The translations under genes and the position numbers were made by a program. The notes beneath the pieces were generated by a model that was not told where the DNA came from, did no database searches, and was given only the letters and a program-made list of their open reading frames with translations. Below, piece after piece: positions 61,555 to 64,000 of a stretch of 64,000 bases of DNA. The stretch is from Thalia democratica (taxonomy: Eukaryota), in contig OZ241833.1 of NCBI GenBank assembly GCA_965202585.1, positions 37,944,001 through 38,008,000 on the forward strand. The letters are read 5' to 3'. Each line of letters opens with the position of its first letter. Position 1 is the stretch's first letter.

Positions 61555-64000
61555 CTTTAATGTTTTCATCTCACAAAATATTATCAAATCACTTTTTATC
61601 ACATTAATTACACTTATATTACTTACACCATTAAACTTTGTACGCAGTCATTACTTTTGTTTTTATGTTAGATCTAGTCTTATAGAAATAAAAGTTTAAT
61701 TTTCAAAAATCCACGTTAATAGTTTTACCCAAATTTTAATACTTTTAATTATATTTTTTGTTTCACACGAACCTTTCATTGAAAATTTTTACACAAAATC
61801 AACATTATTTGAAAATTTTAAGTAAAGGATGGGATACTTGAGCTTCTGAAAACCATTCCGAAGAGATACACATTAGAATTTTATATTAATTTCATGTAAA
61901 AGCCGTTTCGACTTTTTATCAGTCATTATGAAAAACAAAATTGTGCAAAATAACTAGAAATAAATGATAAACATCTAAATGCAGTTAAGTAATAAGACAT
62001 ATATAAAAAATACATATTACAGTAAAACTAGTAACAAAGCACATAAATACTCATACATGGTAAAACTTTTTGTGTATCTCTTTGAAAATTTTTAGCTTAA
62101 ACTGTTAAAAAAATTATTTAAGCTAAAACTTTCAACCTTGAATGAATAGAAGTATTACTGCCATCAGATATTTTTAAGAATTTAGAACTTGACGATCAAT
62201 TTAACCTTTTAAACATCTATATTTTTTTATGTTTGGTTATTTCAATGAAGAAAGAAAAGTTTTTTATATTGTAAAACAATGAGCGAACATTTTAGCTAAA
62301 AAATTGTAAAGGAGTATTTTAATAAATTAATTAATGTAAATTTGCTTCAAAGACTTTTACGACTCACAACTGATTTTTTTAAAAGTGATTAGAAATTATT
62401 TCAATGTTTTATTATATAGAAAATATCTAAATGATTAAAGCGATTTTTTGATAGTTTAATGAAAAGTAAAATTAAACTTCATAGTGTGCATGGAAACTAC
62501 TTTTATTTATTTAGTGGGTAACAAAAGTTTTAAAAAGGCTAATTTATGTACTATAAATCTCTGTTTGTTTGATAATATTTTTAAATAAACGATTTTTTAA
62601 TTTAACATTTACCTAATACAAATGGTTTTGTAGTTTTTTTTATAAAGCAGGCATTTTTGATAAAACAAACTACTTTACTTTGACTATTATTATAAATATA
62701 AAAAATATTATAGCTACTCTAGCACTTAATAATACTTAAAAACTTATTTTAATCAATTGTAATTTTTATGAAATACTTATGTGAGAACCAAAAAATAAAC
62801 AAAACTTATTTGATAAAAACCAAACACTGTAATAGTTGTTGAAAGAATATATTATTAAAATTTTATCTACCAACTAGTTAAGTAAGTCAGGATTACTTGA
62901 AATTTATAGGTTAATAAATTATTTATAAGGAGCTAAAAAAATATTTTTTTTAGTAAAAAACAACTATGATCAACAAAAACTAAAATTACTTATTAGATAT
63001 TTTAGTAAATCTTAACTAAAACTATCATTCATACATCAAACTGATCATGAAAATTTTTTTTTGCACTAATGTGTAAAAATTTGCATGAAATTAAATTGTA
63101 TCAAGTAATAATTGAAGAAGTACTACAAATTTTAAACAAAGTAAAATACAATAAAAAACAAGATGCATTTAAAAATACTATAACGACTAAAGAAAAGATT
63201 GTTACTCTATAAAAATTAACTTAATTAAAAAGAACATAAAAAAGAAAATCTTTGTACTAAACAATGAAACTACTTATGATAGATGGAAAATAAACAACTA
63301 AAACTATTATCAATTTTTTAAAGAGTATTATAGGCACCTAAAGAGTATCATTATAGAGATAGTATAGAAAAAAAAATCAGGAAATTCTTTTTAATGTACT
63401 AACAGAAGAAAATCTACATGAAAATGTTTGCAACAAATAGTAAATTAAGAAGTACTACAACACGTTCAAAAACAAGAAGTACAATATAAGGTAAGTTGCA
63501 ACATACATTTATGATTAAACATCTTTATAAGCAGTATGTTTTAGTACATTAGTAAACAAATGTAAATTTTTGACACAATAAATCGAATTCTTACAACTCA
63601 AGTAGCTTAAAATTCAGAAGTTTGCAATTAAAGTAATTTAAAAAAGAAAACCGTAATAAAGTACTTGGTAATGTAACTAAACTAGTTTTTAAACTTTAAG
63701 ATGCATTTAAAAACAGTTTAAATGTTAAAGTAAATTTATATAGTTAGAGTTCAGAAAAAAGCAAAACAGCATACTTTTTATACATAATTTTCTATTAAAA
63801 GTGTAGTAATTTGAAACTAAAAAAATTAAAATAAATTACATACTACTACTGTATAAAGTATAACGATACAAAACTATTTCGTGAAAAATAACAAGCTAAA
63901 CGTATACACCTTTTTATACTAGTCTTGAAAACAAAGATAAAACTAGAACGTGAACTTTATCATAATTTATCTAAAGGTTTTAAGAAAAAAAAAGAATTGT

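Overview
AT-rich eukaryotic (metazoan) genomic DNA with GC-richer exons and GT-AG introns. The abundance of TGACGTCA and GTTGCCATGGCAAC motifs in coding exons suggests an ascidian/tunicate, but this is inference only. All gene models were built by hand from splice sites and reading-frame continuity. Contents in order: (1) the 3' part of an 11-exon Q/N/M/G-rich low-complexity gene (+, 55-13876, possibly Mastermind-like); (2) two tandem paralogous genes for unrecognised membrane-anchored Ser/Arg-repeat, Pro/Lys-repeat proteins (+, 22872-25202 and 33120-37232); (3) a 3-exon RPS29/uS14 gene missed by the ORF track (-, 42681-49156), in which two of the four zinc-finger cysteines are Ser; (4) a tandem array of ~3-kb units carrying a fast-diverging orphan 105-aa ORF family (two intact copies, one pseudogene; 50.4-60.1 kb); (5) a recent Penelope-like insertion containing an intact minimal type I hammerhead ribozyme (54293-54583), with its empty site visible in the neighbouring duplicate; (6) many MITEs (hAT-like, Kolobok-like) and seven copies of a ~120-nt structured SINE-like element. 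No rRNA, tRNA or CRISPR array was found.
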